DNA of 64,000 nucleotides from Thermodesulfobacteriota bacterium (GCA_040755455.1 JBFMAY010000006.1:32001-96000), one strand, 5' to 3'. Positions 27,925 through 36,563 are shown, counted from the first letter of the stretch. Numbers and translations are program-made. Notes: generated by a model from the sequence alone, not told the origin.

Positions 27925-29184
27925 TTAGTCTTGCGCGTGACACTTGTTGCAGAGCACCCTCTGGTAGGTGGCGAATGCGGTAGCCGGCCTGTCATAATAG
28001 GCGGCCTGCGTCTCAGCAGCAACACGGCCTCTGGCGAACTGGGGTACAGTCGGCGTGGAGTCGGTTCCAGGCCAGCTGCCGTTATAGGTAATGAACTCAC
28101 CTTCGTTGTTCCAGCGCAGCATGTATTCAAAACCTGAGGCATGGGCGCGATGGCAGGAGAGACACATGACCTGATCGCTGCCGCCCGGTCCGCCAAGCTG
28201 GCTGTCGTTGTTTTTGGCAGTTGCGGCGAGGGCGGTGTAGTCAGAGGTGTTCTGGGCAAACGGTGCCAGGGACTGGAAGGAAGTGGCGGCCGCGCCGGTC
28301 ATGTCACCGGATTTCACATACTGGCCATACAGGGTGGCAACGGTTGAGCCAAGTCCCTGATCCACCGGATGCACCATGTTGCCGCTGCTGTGCATGTTGG
28401 GATGACAGGTGGAGCACCAGTTGCTCCAGGTTGCATGACCGCCGGTGGTTGCCACACCATAAGATGTTCTGGTCTGGGTGCTGGCCTCGGTACGGTTGTA
28501 GCTGGATGGTACCTTGGCGGCCGGTACGCCATTGTAGGTCACGCCGTCCTTGGTGTAGCCTGCGCCGGCCAGCAGACGGTAGACGCCCACAGCCGAACCT
28601 GCGGCGGGAACCGCGCTGGTATCGTAGGAGCCGGAACCGACAATGGGGGCGCCTGTTTTGGAGATGGTGCCGTCGGCAAGCCTTCTGTACTTGCCATGGG
28701 GATCATGGCAGCTGTTGCAGGCCAACTGGTTGGCTGGGAAGGTGCCGCCGGGAGCAACGGAGTTCACCGTGTCGGCAGCATAGCCCTTGTCAACTGCAAT
28801 GATGTTATGACCATGGGTTTGTCCTTCTTCGATGTTTGCTGTGCCTCTGACGGTGAAATTGTATGTCTTTTTCAGCCAGCCGAAGTCGCCGCCCGGGGTT
28901 CTCTGCAGGGGAGCCACACCGGCGGGCATATCGGCATCAGCGGTACTGATATGGTAGCTTGACGGCCCTGTGTCGCCGGCATGCTCATGACAGCTCAGAC
29001 AGGTCGAGCTCTGGTCGGTGCCCACCAGCAGGAAGGTTCCACCGGCGGCGGGGGAATGCATGCTGTGACAGCCGCCACACTCGGCGACGCCGCCGCTATG
29101 GAAAGCAAAGGCGGAACCGGTGAATCCGAGGGTCAGAAGACCAGCGCATGCTGCGGTGATATAAAGTTTCTTTGTATTTCTCAT
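27925..29184 (-). CDS. omcS: OmcS-family hexaheme nanowire cytochrome
   Basis: Signal ends AFA|FHSGGVAECGGCHSMH; HAGDTGPSSYHIST, TPGGDFGW, SCHDPHGKYRR, YNRTEASTQTR, CLSCHRAHASGF, YQRVLCNKCHAQD closely match Geobacter OmcS as I recall it; 6 CxxCH; RBS GGAGG before ATG 29184. Confidence 0.95.
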   Translation of the reverse strand: MRNTKKLYITAACAGLLTLGFTGSAFAFHSGGVAECGGCHSMHSPAAGGTFLLVGTDQSSTCLSCHEHAGDTGPSSYHISTADADMPAGVAPLQRTPGGDFGWLKKTYNFTVRGTANIEEGQTHGHNIIAVDKGYAADTVNSVAPGGTFPANQLACNSCHDPHGKYRRLADGTISKTGAPIVGSGSYDTSAVPAAGSAVGVYRLLAGAGYTKDGVTYNGVPAAKVPSSYNRTEASTQTRTSYGVATTGGHATWSNWCSTCHPNMHSSGNMVHPVDQGLGSTVATLYGQYVKSGDMTGAAATSFQSLAPFAQNTSDYTALAATAKNNDSQLGGPGGSDQVMCLSCHRAHASGFEYMLRWNNEGEFITYNGSWPGTDSTPTVPQFARGRVAAETQAAYYDRPATAFATYQRVLCNKCHAQD

Positions 29185-29209
29185 TTCATCCTCCAAGATG
29201 GTTTTGTTT

Positions 29210-29287
29210 CTCCGGCGGCCCAGCCGTCCTTGCCAGGACCTGTTGACTTTGCGTCCCCACCTTGCGATGGGTTTGCCTTTTGCGGAG
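29210..29287 (-). ncRNA. GEMM-I (c-di-GMP-I class) riboswitch aptamer upstream of omcS
   Basis: Minus strand CTCCG-CAAAAG-GCAAACCCATCGCAAGGTGGGGACGCAAAG-TCAACAGGTCC-TGGCAA-GGACGGCTGGGCCGC-CGGAG: GCAAAC..GACGCAAAG core, GNRA-capped P2, P1 CUCCG/CGGAG. Confidence 0.9.
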
Positions 29288-29447
29288 GATGCTTGCTGCC
29301 GGCAGACCGACAGATGCTGCTCTGCTTTTTGTCCTATTTTTTCCTTCAGTGACTTTTGATCTGTTTTGTCCTCCTTTTCCTTTCTGAGACCGCAGTCTCT
29401 TTGTCATGTGCTTTGCCGTCATCTTTTCTGCCGGCAATATGCGTTGC

Positions 29448-30392
29448 CTATTCGTGCAGCAGCTTGAAAACGCTGACTCCTCTTTTTCTGCCCTGGGAGA
29501 CGTAGAGCCGGTCTTCGTTGTCAATGGCCAGACTCTCAGGGGCAATGAGGTTATCCGGTTTTTCTCCCCTGTAGCCGAACTCCTTGACGAAGTTGAGGTC
29601 CTTATCAAAGACGATGATGGCGCATTTCAATTTGTCGGCCACCAGATAGTTCCCTTGGCTGTCAGCCACCATGCCGACCACGATGTTGAATTTTCCAGGA
29701 GCCCCGCCCGGCTTGCCGAAAGAGACGATCTCGCCAGCAAAGGACAGGATGTTGGCCTTGAACAGAACGGGGACGGTGAACAGCATGTTGCCGTTTTTGT
29801 CCAGATTGAAGCCGCTGAAGCCGGCATCCGTCCGGTCCTTTTCCTCGAGACCAAAAATGCGGATCAGATCAAAACCCTTGATAAAACGCCCGTCTGCGGC
29901 GACAATGACTATTTTCATCTCCGTTTCCGAGGCGAGATAGATATTGCCATCCCGGCAAGCGATGCGGTTGGCGTTCATGTGGGCAAATTCCTCGGGCAGG
30001 TCCTGGAGTTCTATCTCTTCCTGCGGTTCTCCCCGGTAGTTGCTCCTGATCACGGAAGATTGCTTGTCGTTGTATGCGAGCAGGAGGATATCGCCGTCCC
30101 CTTCAACCGCCACATCAAGAATATGACCTATATCAAGGCTATCGCCGAAACTATGGACCGCCATGCCGTTTTCATTAAAAACCGTTACCATATTCTGGTA
30201 GATCACATAGGCTTCATTCTGCCATTCATCCATGGAAAGGGTGGCCCAGCTGTAGGGAACCAGACCGGTGAAGCTGGAGAGGTTGTAAAGATAGCTCTCC
30301 GTCACTTGGGCCATGGTCTGTTTACCGGCGAGCAGCAGCAGGCAGATGGCCATCAGCATGCAGGTTATATGTTTTTTACGGTTTGTTTTCAT
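29448..30392 (-). CDS. Exported NHL/beta-propeller protein directly upstream of omcS
   Basis: Hydrophobic signal; FGKPGGAPGKF..VADK, FGYRGEKPDNLIAP repeats; start 30392 approximate. Confidence 0.82.
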   Translation of the reverse strand: MKTNRKKHITCMLMAICLLLLAGKQTMAQVTESYLYNLSSFTGLVPYSWATLSMDEWQNEAYVIYQNMVTVFNENGMAVHSFGDSLDIGHILDVAVEGDGDILLLAYNDKQSSVIRSNYRGEPQEEIELQDLPEEFAHMNANRIACRDGNIYLASETEMKIVIVAADGRFIKGFDLIRIFGLEEKDRTDAGFSGFNLDKNGNMLFTVPVLFKANILSFAGEIVSFGKPGGAPGKFNIVVGMVADSQGNYLVADKLKCAIIVFDKDLNFVKEFGYRGEKPDNLIAPESLAIDNEDRLYVSQGRKRGVSVFKLLHE

Positions 30393-30407
30393 GGCACATT
30401 GTGGTAT

Positions 30408-30423
30408 TGCAATGGGTGTGCCG
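30408..30423 (-). promoter_or_regulatory. Sigma54 promoter of the NHL-omcS transcript
   Basis: Minus strand CGGCAC-ACCCA-TTGCA, near-consensus -24/-12. Confidence 0.72.
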
Positions 30424-30765
30424 CGGATGAAGTGTTCAAGTAAGTCATGTAAAAACAAAATGTTATCGTGAAGAGGAGCACGCGAGTCGGTTGTCGGGGA
30501 AGTGTAAATGGGAATTTGACGAGATGAAGGTTGGGGATTTAACTAAAAATCGATGTTGACCTCAGGTAGTGAATCAAAGATGAGGGAAAAAGAGAAGAAA
30601 GAGCAGGGTGGGATAATCCCCAACAGGCAGCGGTGAAATGGCTGAATACCTGGAAATTGAGGCGCGGCAGCTGAAGTGATAATGAGAAATGCCCATTATG
30701 ATGGTCAAGGTAACTTCCTTGAATAAATGGATTTCCATATTACTCATGGACAAACGGTTTGTCCG

Positions 30766-30781
30766 TGGTACACAACTTGCC
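30766..30781 (+). promoter_or_regulatory. Sigma54 promoter of the REC-PilZ gene
   Basis: TGGTAC-ACAAC-TTGC, about 50 nt upstream of GTG 30829. Confidence 0.72.
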
Positions 30782-30828
30782 TTGGCAACGAACTGGAGAG
30801 GTTGAACATTTTGCCCACAGAGGTCATT

Positions 30829-31521
30829 GTGCACAAGAACATACTGGTAGTTGATGATAACGAGCTCATTCTGCTTGGGCTGGCAAAGGCGCTGCGTCAT
30901 GAATCCTATGAGGTGGCAACGGCTGATACGGGCACCATGGCTCTGGAAAAGCTCAGCTCCTGCCAGTATGACCTGTGTCTGCTGGATATCCATCTGCCGG
31001 ACTTTACCGGTCTGGAGCTGATGAAATTCATCAAGGACATGTGCCCATCCACCAAGGTCATTATCATGACCGCCAGCTGTTTCAACCCCTCCTATCTGAG
31101 CAAAAATATACAGGAAGCAATAATCAACGGCGCCTGCCACTTTGTCGCCAAGCCTTTCAGTCTCGGCGAGATAACCGATGTGGTGAAAAAGGCCCTGGAG
31201 GAAGGCGAAGATTTCCATTCGGGCTTCTGCCTTACCGGCAGCGGTTTTGTCAAAAGCAGACGGAAAATTATTAGAAAAGCAATTACTGCGGGCGTCACTT
31301 TTTCCATGACCCTGATTGAGGAGGGCGAGACGAAACGGATGGCTTACCAGGCAAAATCAGTTGATCTCAGCGAGGAAGGGATCGGCTTGATGACGGATTA
31401 TCCCCTGAAAAGTTCCCAGATTGTCCGGTTCGGTGAAGAGCTGGGCAACAGGTCCGGTGTGGTGGTGTGGAGCGCGATGGTCAATGAGCAGACATACCGG
31501 GCCGGGGTCAAATTTGCCTGA
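30829..31521 (+). CDS. Response regulator receiver + PilZ domain protein
   Basis: ILVVDD, LLDIHLPD, KPF; C-terminal RKIIR (RxxxR) and DLSEEG (DxSxxG), ends YRAGVKF; GAGG RBS and GTG 30829. Confidence 0.85.
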   Translation: MHKNILVVDDNELILLGLAKALRHESYEVATADTGTMALEKLSSCQYDLCLLDIHLPDFTGLELMKFIKDMCPSTKVIIMTASCFNPSYLSKNIQEAIINGACHFVAKPFSLGEITDVVKKALEEGEDFHSGFCLTGSGFVKSRRKIIRKAITAGVTFSMTLIEEGETKRMAYQAKSVDLSEEGIGLMTDYPLKSSQIVRFGEELGNRSGVVVWSAMVNEQTYRAGVKFA

Positions 31522-31536
31522 ATCCAGCCCGGGCGC

Positions 31537-32931
31537 TCATTTAAGATCGTATTTTTTCACCTGGTAGCGCAGGGTGTCGTAGGAAATGTTAAGGAGTTTA
31601 GCAGCCTTGGTCTGGTTGCCTCCTGCCCGCTCCAGGGCCTGCCTGATCAGGTTCTTTTCCACCTCCTCCAGGGAGATGCCATCCTCGGGCAAGGTAAGCC
31701 AGTTTTCCGCCTGGGGCTCTTCAAGGGATTCTTCTGCCGCCAGCCCCATAGCCAGATGATGAGGTTTAATGATTTCCTCGTTTTCCAGGACAACAATACG
31801 CTCGATAATATTTCGTAATTCTCTGATATTGCCGGGCCAGCTGTAGGCATTGATGACCTTCAGCGCTTCAGGGGAAAAACTTTTGATATTCTTGTTGTAT
31901 TTATGGGAGAAGTGCGACAGGAAATATTCGGCCAAAAGCGGGATATCTTCTCTTCTTTCCCGCAGGGGGGGCAGATGCAGGGCAAAGGTGTTCAGGCGGA
32001 AGAACAGATCCTCTCGGAACTCCTTATGGAGCACAGCGGTTTTGAGGTCTTTGTTGGTGGTGGCAATCACCGTCACATCAATGGGGAGATCGATCCTGCC
32101 GCCCAGCCGGCGAACCTGTCTTTCCTCCAGGACGCGCAGAAATTTGCTCTGCAGATCATGTCGCATGTCGCCGATCTCGTCCAGGAGAATGCTTCCGCCG
32201 TCTGCCAGTTCAAACATGCCTTTCTGGTCTGCCTTGGCGTCGGTAAAAGCCCCTTTGGCATAACCGAACAGCTCGCTTTCAATGAGGTTTTCCGGCAGGG
32301 CGGTGCAGTTTACCGAAATAAAGGGGGCGTATTCGGTTTCATCGCCCTGGCGGAGATGCCGCCAGTTATGGATATAGCGGGCCAGCACCTCCTTGCCTGT
32401 CCCTGACTCACCGGTAATGAGAACGGTCTGGGCCTTTGCCTCGGCGATTTTTCGTGATTTTTCTATAATTACCTGCATGAGCGGCGAATTGCCCACCATG
32501 GTGTGCACCAGGGAGGCGGTGCCTGTTTTGCGCAGATAGTTGAGTTCCTGGCGGAGTTTTGTTTTTTCCAGAATTGTCGCGATGACGATCTTGACCTCAT
32601 CGATATTGAACGGTTTGGTGAGATAGTCGGCGGCACCGAGTTTCATCGCCCTGATAGCCGATTCGGCGGTATCATCGGCGGTCAGCATCACCACCTCGGT
32701 ATCGAGTTTTTCTTTCTTGATATCGGCGAGGATATCGAGTCCTGTCCGGTCTTCTTCAAGATGGATATCCAGCAGGATCAGGTCAGGATGCCATGAGGCG
32801 ATTTTATCGATGACATCGTCGGCATTGGTCTGAATCCGGGTTTCGTACCCTTCTTTTTTTAATGTCCGTGCCAGCATGGAGATGATGAGTTCCTCATCAT
32901 CGATGAGGAAAATTCTACCGCGATTTTTCAT
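31537..32931 (-). CDS. Sigma54-dependent response regulator (NtrC-family bEBP)
   Basis: REC domain, GESGTGKE, ESELFG..GAFTDA, LLDEIG, FREDLFFRL, WPGNIREL, Fis HTH. Confidence 0.95.
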   Translation of the reverse strand: MKNRGRIFLIDDEELIISMLARTLKKEGYETRIQTNADDVIDKIASWHPDLILLDIHLEEDRTGLDILADIKKEKLDTEVVMLTADDTAESAIRAMKLGAADYLTKPFNIDEVKIVIATILEKTKLRQELNYLRKTGTASLVHTMVGNSPLMQVIIEKSRKIAEAKAQTVLITGESGTGKEVLARYIHNWRHLRQGDETEYAPFISVNCTALPENLIESELFGYAKGAFTDAKADQKGMFELADGGSILLDEIGDMRHDLQSKFLRVLEERQVRRLGGRIDLPIDVTVIATTNKDLKTAVLHKEFREDLFFRLNTFALHLPPLRERREDIPLLAEYFLSHFSHKYNKNIKSFSPEALKVINAYSWPGNIRELRNIIERIVVLENEEIIKPHHLAMGLAAEESLEEPQAENWLTLPEDGISLEEVEKNLIRQALERAGGNQTKAAKLLNISYDTLRYQVKKYDLK

Positions 32932-34394
32932 GGTGCAATACCCTGGGGCTGTTGTGTTCCCGGTAAGGTTATGTAAAAGGTTGTCCCTTCTCCAGGTATA
33001 CTGGAGACATGAATGGTACCGTTATGCAGTTCGATGAGCCGTTTGCAGATCGCCAGCCCCAGGCCGGTTCCCTTGGGCTTGGTGGTAAAAAAGGGATTGA
33101 AGATTTTGCTCAGGTTTTCCTGGCTCATTCCCTTGCCGGTATCGGCTATGATAATCTGCACTGACGCGTTCGATTCTTTCCTGGTGGTGACGGTGATGGT
33201 GCCCTTGGCAGGTATGGCGTCAATGGCGTTGAGCATGAGATTGAGAAATACCTGCTGCATCTGGCCATGGTCCGCCACCACTTGGGGGAGTTCGGGACTG
33301 AAGTCTTTGATAATCTCGATCTCCTTGATCAGTTTTGCGGTGTTGGCCGGGTTGATCAAGGAATAGCTGGCGGATTTTATGGTGGTGTCAAGCAACTGAT
33401 GCAGATCAATGGATACTGGGTCAGGCTCAGGGGGGCGGGCATAGCTGAGCAGGCTTTTGAGCAGTGACTCAATGCGGTGGATTTCATTAATGATCCGCAG
33501 AAAAACTTCCTTATCCTCCTGCTCCAGGGTGAGCTCATTGGCCAGCACCTCAATGGATACCTTGATGCCGGCCAGGGGATTTTTTACTTCATGGGCCAGA
33601 CCGGCAGCAAGTTCGCCGACCACCGCCAGCCTTTCCGTCTGTTGCATGTGCTGGCACTGATCTTTGAGCGAACTTGCCATTTCATTAAAGGCTGAGGCAA
33701 GTACCTGAAACTCGTCGGGTAGTTTTTCTTTGACCCGGTAGCGTAAGTCGCCCTGTTGAATTTTGCGGGTTGCATCGACCAGTGCGTCCACGGAAGTGGT
33801 GAACTGGTTGAGAAAGAAGTAGGCGATCAGGATGAGCAAAAGTGGACCGGCAGTGATAAGGAAAAAAAGCAGGTGTTCGGTTTCGGCAATGCTGTTGCGG
33901 GCCTGGGTGATTCTTTTTGAAATTTTTTCCGACGAGGTTATGACGATTTTTTCCACCTCGGCCAGTGCCTCTTCTCCCAGGGAGAAAGCGGCATCTCTTT
34001 CCTGGTCCAGTCTTTCCTTGTTGGCCCTGATGGTGTATACCCTGCTCAACATTTTCAAGTAACTGTCGATCTGATCCTGAAAGTGATTGAGCCCCTTGAG
34101 TACTTCCTCCTTGTGATGGCAGGTGTTGCAAATGTGGGCCGCCTTTTCCATCTCTTCCACATGGGCAATAAATGGGTCGAGATGCAGGGCATGGGGGGAA
34201 TCCCTGAGCAGCAGGTCGGTCTGCACTACTTTGATTTTATTCTGCAGATCTTTGCGGAGAAATTCCACCTGATGGAGGGTGATGACGTTTTCCAGGTTGG
34301 TAATTACCTCTTCAATTGAGCGGGCAATATAAATGCCGCCGCTGGAAAAGCAGAAAACAAGAACCAGCAGGGCAATAAAAACTTTCTTCTTCAT
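32928..34394 (-). CDS. Sensor histidine kinase with periplasmic CxxCH heme-binding motif
   Basis: Two TMs, CNTCH in the periplasmic region, HAMP, LAHEVKNPL, FNPFFTTK, GTGLGL. Confidence 0.92.
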   Translation of the reverse strand: MKKKVFIALLVLVFCFSSGGIYIARSIEEVITNLENVITLHQVEFLRKDLQNKIKVVQTDLLLRDSPHALHLDPFIAHVEEMEKAAHICNTCHHKEEVLKGLNHFQDQIDSYLKMLSRVYTIRANKERLDQERDAAFSLGEEALAEVEKIVITSSEKISKRITQARNSIAETEHLLFFLITAGPLLLILIAYFFLNQFTTSVDALVDATRKIQQGDLRYRVKEKLPDEFQVLASAFNEMASSLKDQCQHMQQTERLAVVGELAAGLAHEVKNPLAGIKVSIEVLANELTLEQEDKEVFLRIINEIHRIESLLKSLLSYARPPEPDPVSIDLHQLLDTTIKSASYSLINPANTAKLIKEIEIIKDFSPELPQVVADHGQMQQVFLNLMLNAIDAIPAKGTITVTTRKESNASVQIIIADTGKGMSQENLSKIFNPFFTTKPKGTGLGLAICKRLIELHNGTIHVSSIPGEGTTFYITLPGTQQPQGIAP

Positions 34395-34518
34395 GAAGGC
34401 ATGATAATGAAAGAGGTGAATGAGGCGCTGGCATAAATTGGCACAGCGGTGTGGCCTGGTTGCATGATTTTTTTTAGATTCTTGTCTATTTGATCTGAGA
34501 AATCATCCTGGTCGGTGC

Positions 34519-35457
34519 TTATTCGTTAATATAATCATAAGTTGCCAGATCAAGGCCGATTTTATTGGCATAGTCAAAAACAGGATCATAATCTTTTTCC
34601 GTTGTGGCGATAAATCTTCTGGCGCCGAAATCATGCAAAACCTTTTGACCTTCCGCATCCTGATCCATCATTAGCAGGGCATTTTTGAGCCTTTGTTTCA
34701 GAGATTCGTCAAGGTCCTTTCTGACTGCCAGGGCATTGGCCGGCACCTCAGGCGACGTGGCAAGAATTTGCAGTTGTTCCTGCAGCTTGCTGTCGGATTC
34801 GGCCACCCGGTAAAAAATCGTATTTTTTGCGGCGCCGATATCAGCCTTTCCGTGCAGAACATCATAAATGGCATCCTCATGGGTTCCGGTGAAATAGGTT
34901 TCGCTGAAGAAGGTTCGGTAATCATCAATGCCGTTTTCTTTGAAATAATGCATGGGCAGAAGCCAGCCTGCTGTGGTGGCCTTGTCCACAAAGGCAAACC
35001 TTTTTCCCCGCATGGCTGCCGCATTCCGGATGCCGCTGTCTTTGCGGACAAAAATCATGCCGTAATAGGTGGAGGTGCCGTCGGAGTGCTCGGGCCGTGC
35101 CAGGGGTTGTACCGCCAGTTTCTTGATGGCCAGGGCGCCGGTAAAGCTGCCGAAAAACGCCGCATCCAAGCCGTTGGAGACAAAATTATCAATGAGGTTG
35201 CCGTAGCGGGAGAGGATTGACAGCTCAATTGTCGTGTCTGTTTTGTGGGAAAGATAGGTGGCAAGAGGATCATATCTCTTTTTTTGCGAGAAGATGTCCT
35301 GCTCAGTGATCAGCCCTATCTTTAATTTCTGGGTCGGTGTTTTGCCGGGAACCTCATTAGCCTTTTTTTCCTGCTGTTCTCCGCAGCCGGCGCCAAGAAG
35401 GAAAAAAAGACACACGGCAAAAACTATGATAAAATTTTGATATGATTTCCCAGGCAC
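34519..35457 (-). CDS. PhnD-type substrate-binding lipoprotein (orphan)
   Basis: Lipobox LGAGC; RGKRFAFVDKATTAG, FTGTHEDAI, ADIGA. Confidence 0.85.
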   Translation of the reverse strand: MPGKSYQNFIIVFAVCLFFLLGAGCGEQQEKKANEVPGKTPTQKLKIGLITEQDIFSQKKRYDPLATYLSHKTDTTIELSILSRYGNLIDNFVSNGLDAAFFGSFTGALAIKKLAVQPLARPEHSDGTSTYYGMIFVRKDSGIRNAAAMRGKRFAFVDKATTAGWLLPMHYFKENGIDDYRTFFSETYFTGTHEDAIYDVLHGKADIGAAKNTIFYRVAESDSKLQEQLQILATSPEVPANALAVRKDLDESLKQRLKNALLMMDQDAEGQKVLHDFGARRFIATTEKDYDPVFDYANKIGLDLATYDYINE

Positions 35458-35630
35458 GATCTTCCTCTCTTGCTGATGGTTTCTGGTACGATGCTGACAT
35501 TTCGAGAAGACCTATCTTTTATTGGGGTGTTTCTATTTTTACAATAGCGAAGAGTTTCACTTCTCACAATAACATAAAAGATCAATTGACCAAGATTTTG
35601 CCGTGCACATAAAGCAGGAGGAGGGGACCG

Positions 35631-36401
35631 ATGAAAAGAACTCTCACATCGATATGTTTATTGCTTATCCTGTTTTTTCACCCAACCGCACTGCCGGCAA
35701 AATGGAAATTTCCTCCCCTGCCTGCCCCCCATGAATACGGCAACATCCTGATCAATCGTACTTCTGCCGCCAACCAGGTCAAGCCGGTGTTTTTCTCGCA
35801 CTGGAGTCATCGCATGAAATATGCTTGCCGGGTCTGCCATCTTGAACTTGAATTTGAATTTGCGGTGAACTCCACTCCGATCACGGAAGAAGACAACCTC
35901 AGTGGTTTGTACTGCGGCGCCTGCCATAATGGCACGGAGGCCTTTGCCCATACGAAGGACAATTGTGACAAGTGCCACTCCGGCAATATTGCCGCAGGCA
36001 GGGAAAAGTTTGCAGAGTTGACGAAAGATATGCCGCGCACCCCTTTCGGCAATCAGGTTGACTGGGTGCTGGCGGCATCCCTCGGGCAGATAAAGCCGCG
36101 GTACGTTTTTTATAAGGAGAGCGAAAAATCAGATATGAATTTCCGCAACCGGCTGGAACTGCAGGCGGAATGGAATTTTGTTCCCCCGGCTTTCTTCCCC
36201 CATGATGTGCATATCCAGCTGCTGGACTGCGGCAATTGCCACCCTGATATTTTTAATATCAAGAAAAAGACAACCCCGCATTTTGCAATGGATTACATCC
36301 TTGAGAAAAAATTCTGCGGCGTCTGCCATTTGCAAATCGCGTTCCCCTTAAATGACTGCCAACGATGCCATCCGGGCATGGAAAATCAACCCCCTTTTTA
36401 A
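35631..36401 (+). CDS. c7-type cytochrome with two triheme domains (6 CxxCH)
   Basis: Signal peptide; FSHWSH..CRVCH..CGACH..CDKCH and FPHDVH..CGNCH..CGVCH..CQRCH. Confidence 0.9.
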   Translation: MKRTLTSICLLLILFFHPTALPAKWKFPPLPAPHEYGNILINRTSAANQVKPVFFSHWSHRMKYACRVCHLELEFEFAVNSTPITEEDNLSGLYCGACHNGTEAFAHTKDNCDKCHSGNIAAGREKFAELTKDMPRTPFGNQVDWVLAASLGQIKPRYVFYKESEKSDMNFRNRLELQAEWNFVPPAFFPHDVHIQLLDCGNCHPDIFNIKKKTTPHFAMDYILEKKFCGVCHLQIAFPLNDCQRCHPGMENQPPF

Positions 36402-36458
36402 ATGCGAGCAAGAAAAACTTTTTACGCAGGATTGTCGGCAGAAGAAAGAAGAAAATAA

Positions 36459-36492
36459 AAAAAGGTAGAGCCAAGGCTGGCCCTACCTTTTG
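36459..36492. terminator. Bidirectional terminator between convergent genes
   Basis: AAAAGGTAG-AGCCA..TGGC-CCTACCTTTT flanked by A and T runs. Confidence 0.65.
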
Positions 36493-36563
36493 AAAGAAAA
36501 TCAGTACCATCTTGGAGGAATGGGCTTGTTCCCTTTCATTCTCACTATAAAAGGAAATCCCAC

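Noticed and set aside
30392..30410. Plus-strand TGGCAC..TTGC as a sigma54 promoter (likewise TGGCAA..TTGC at ~47735)
   Set aside because: GG-to-GC spacing is 14 and 12 nt instead of the required 10.
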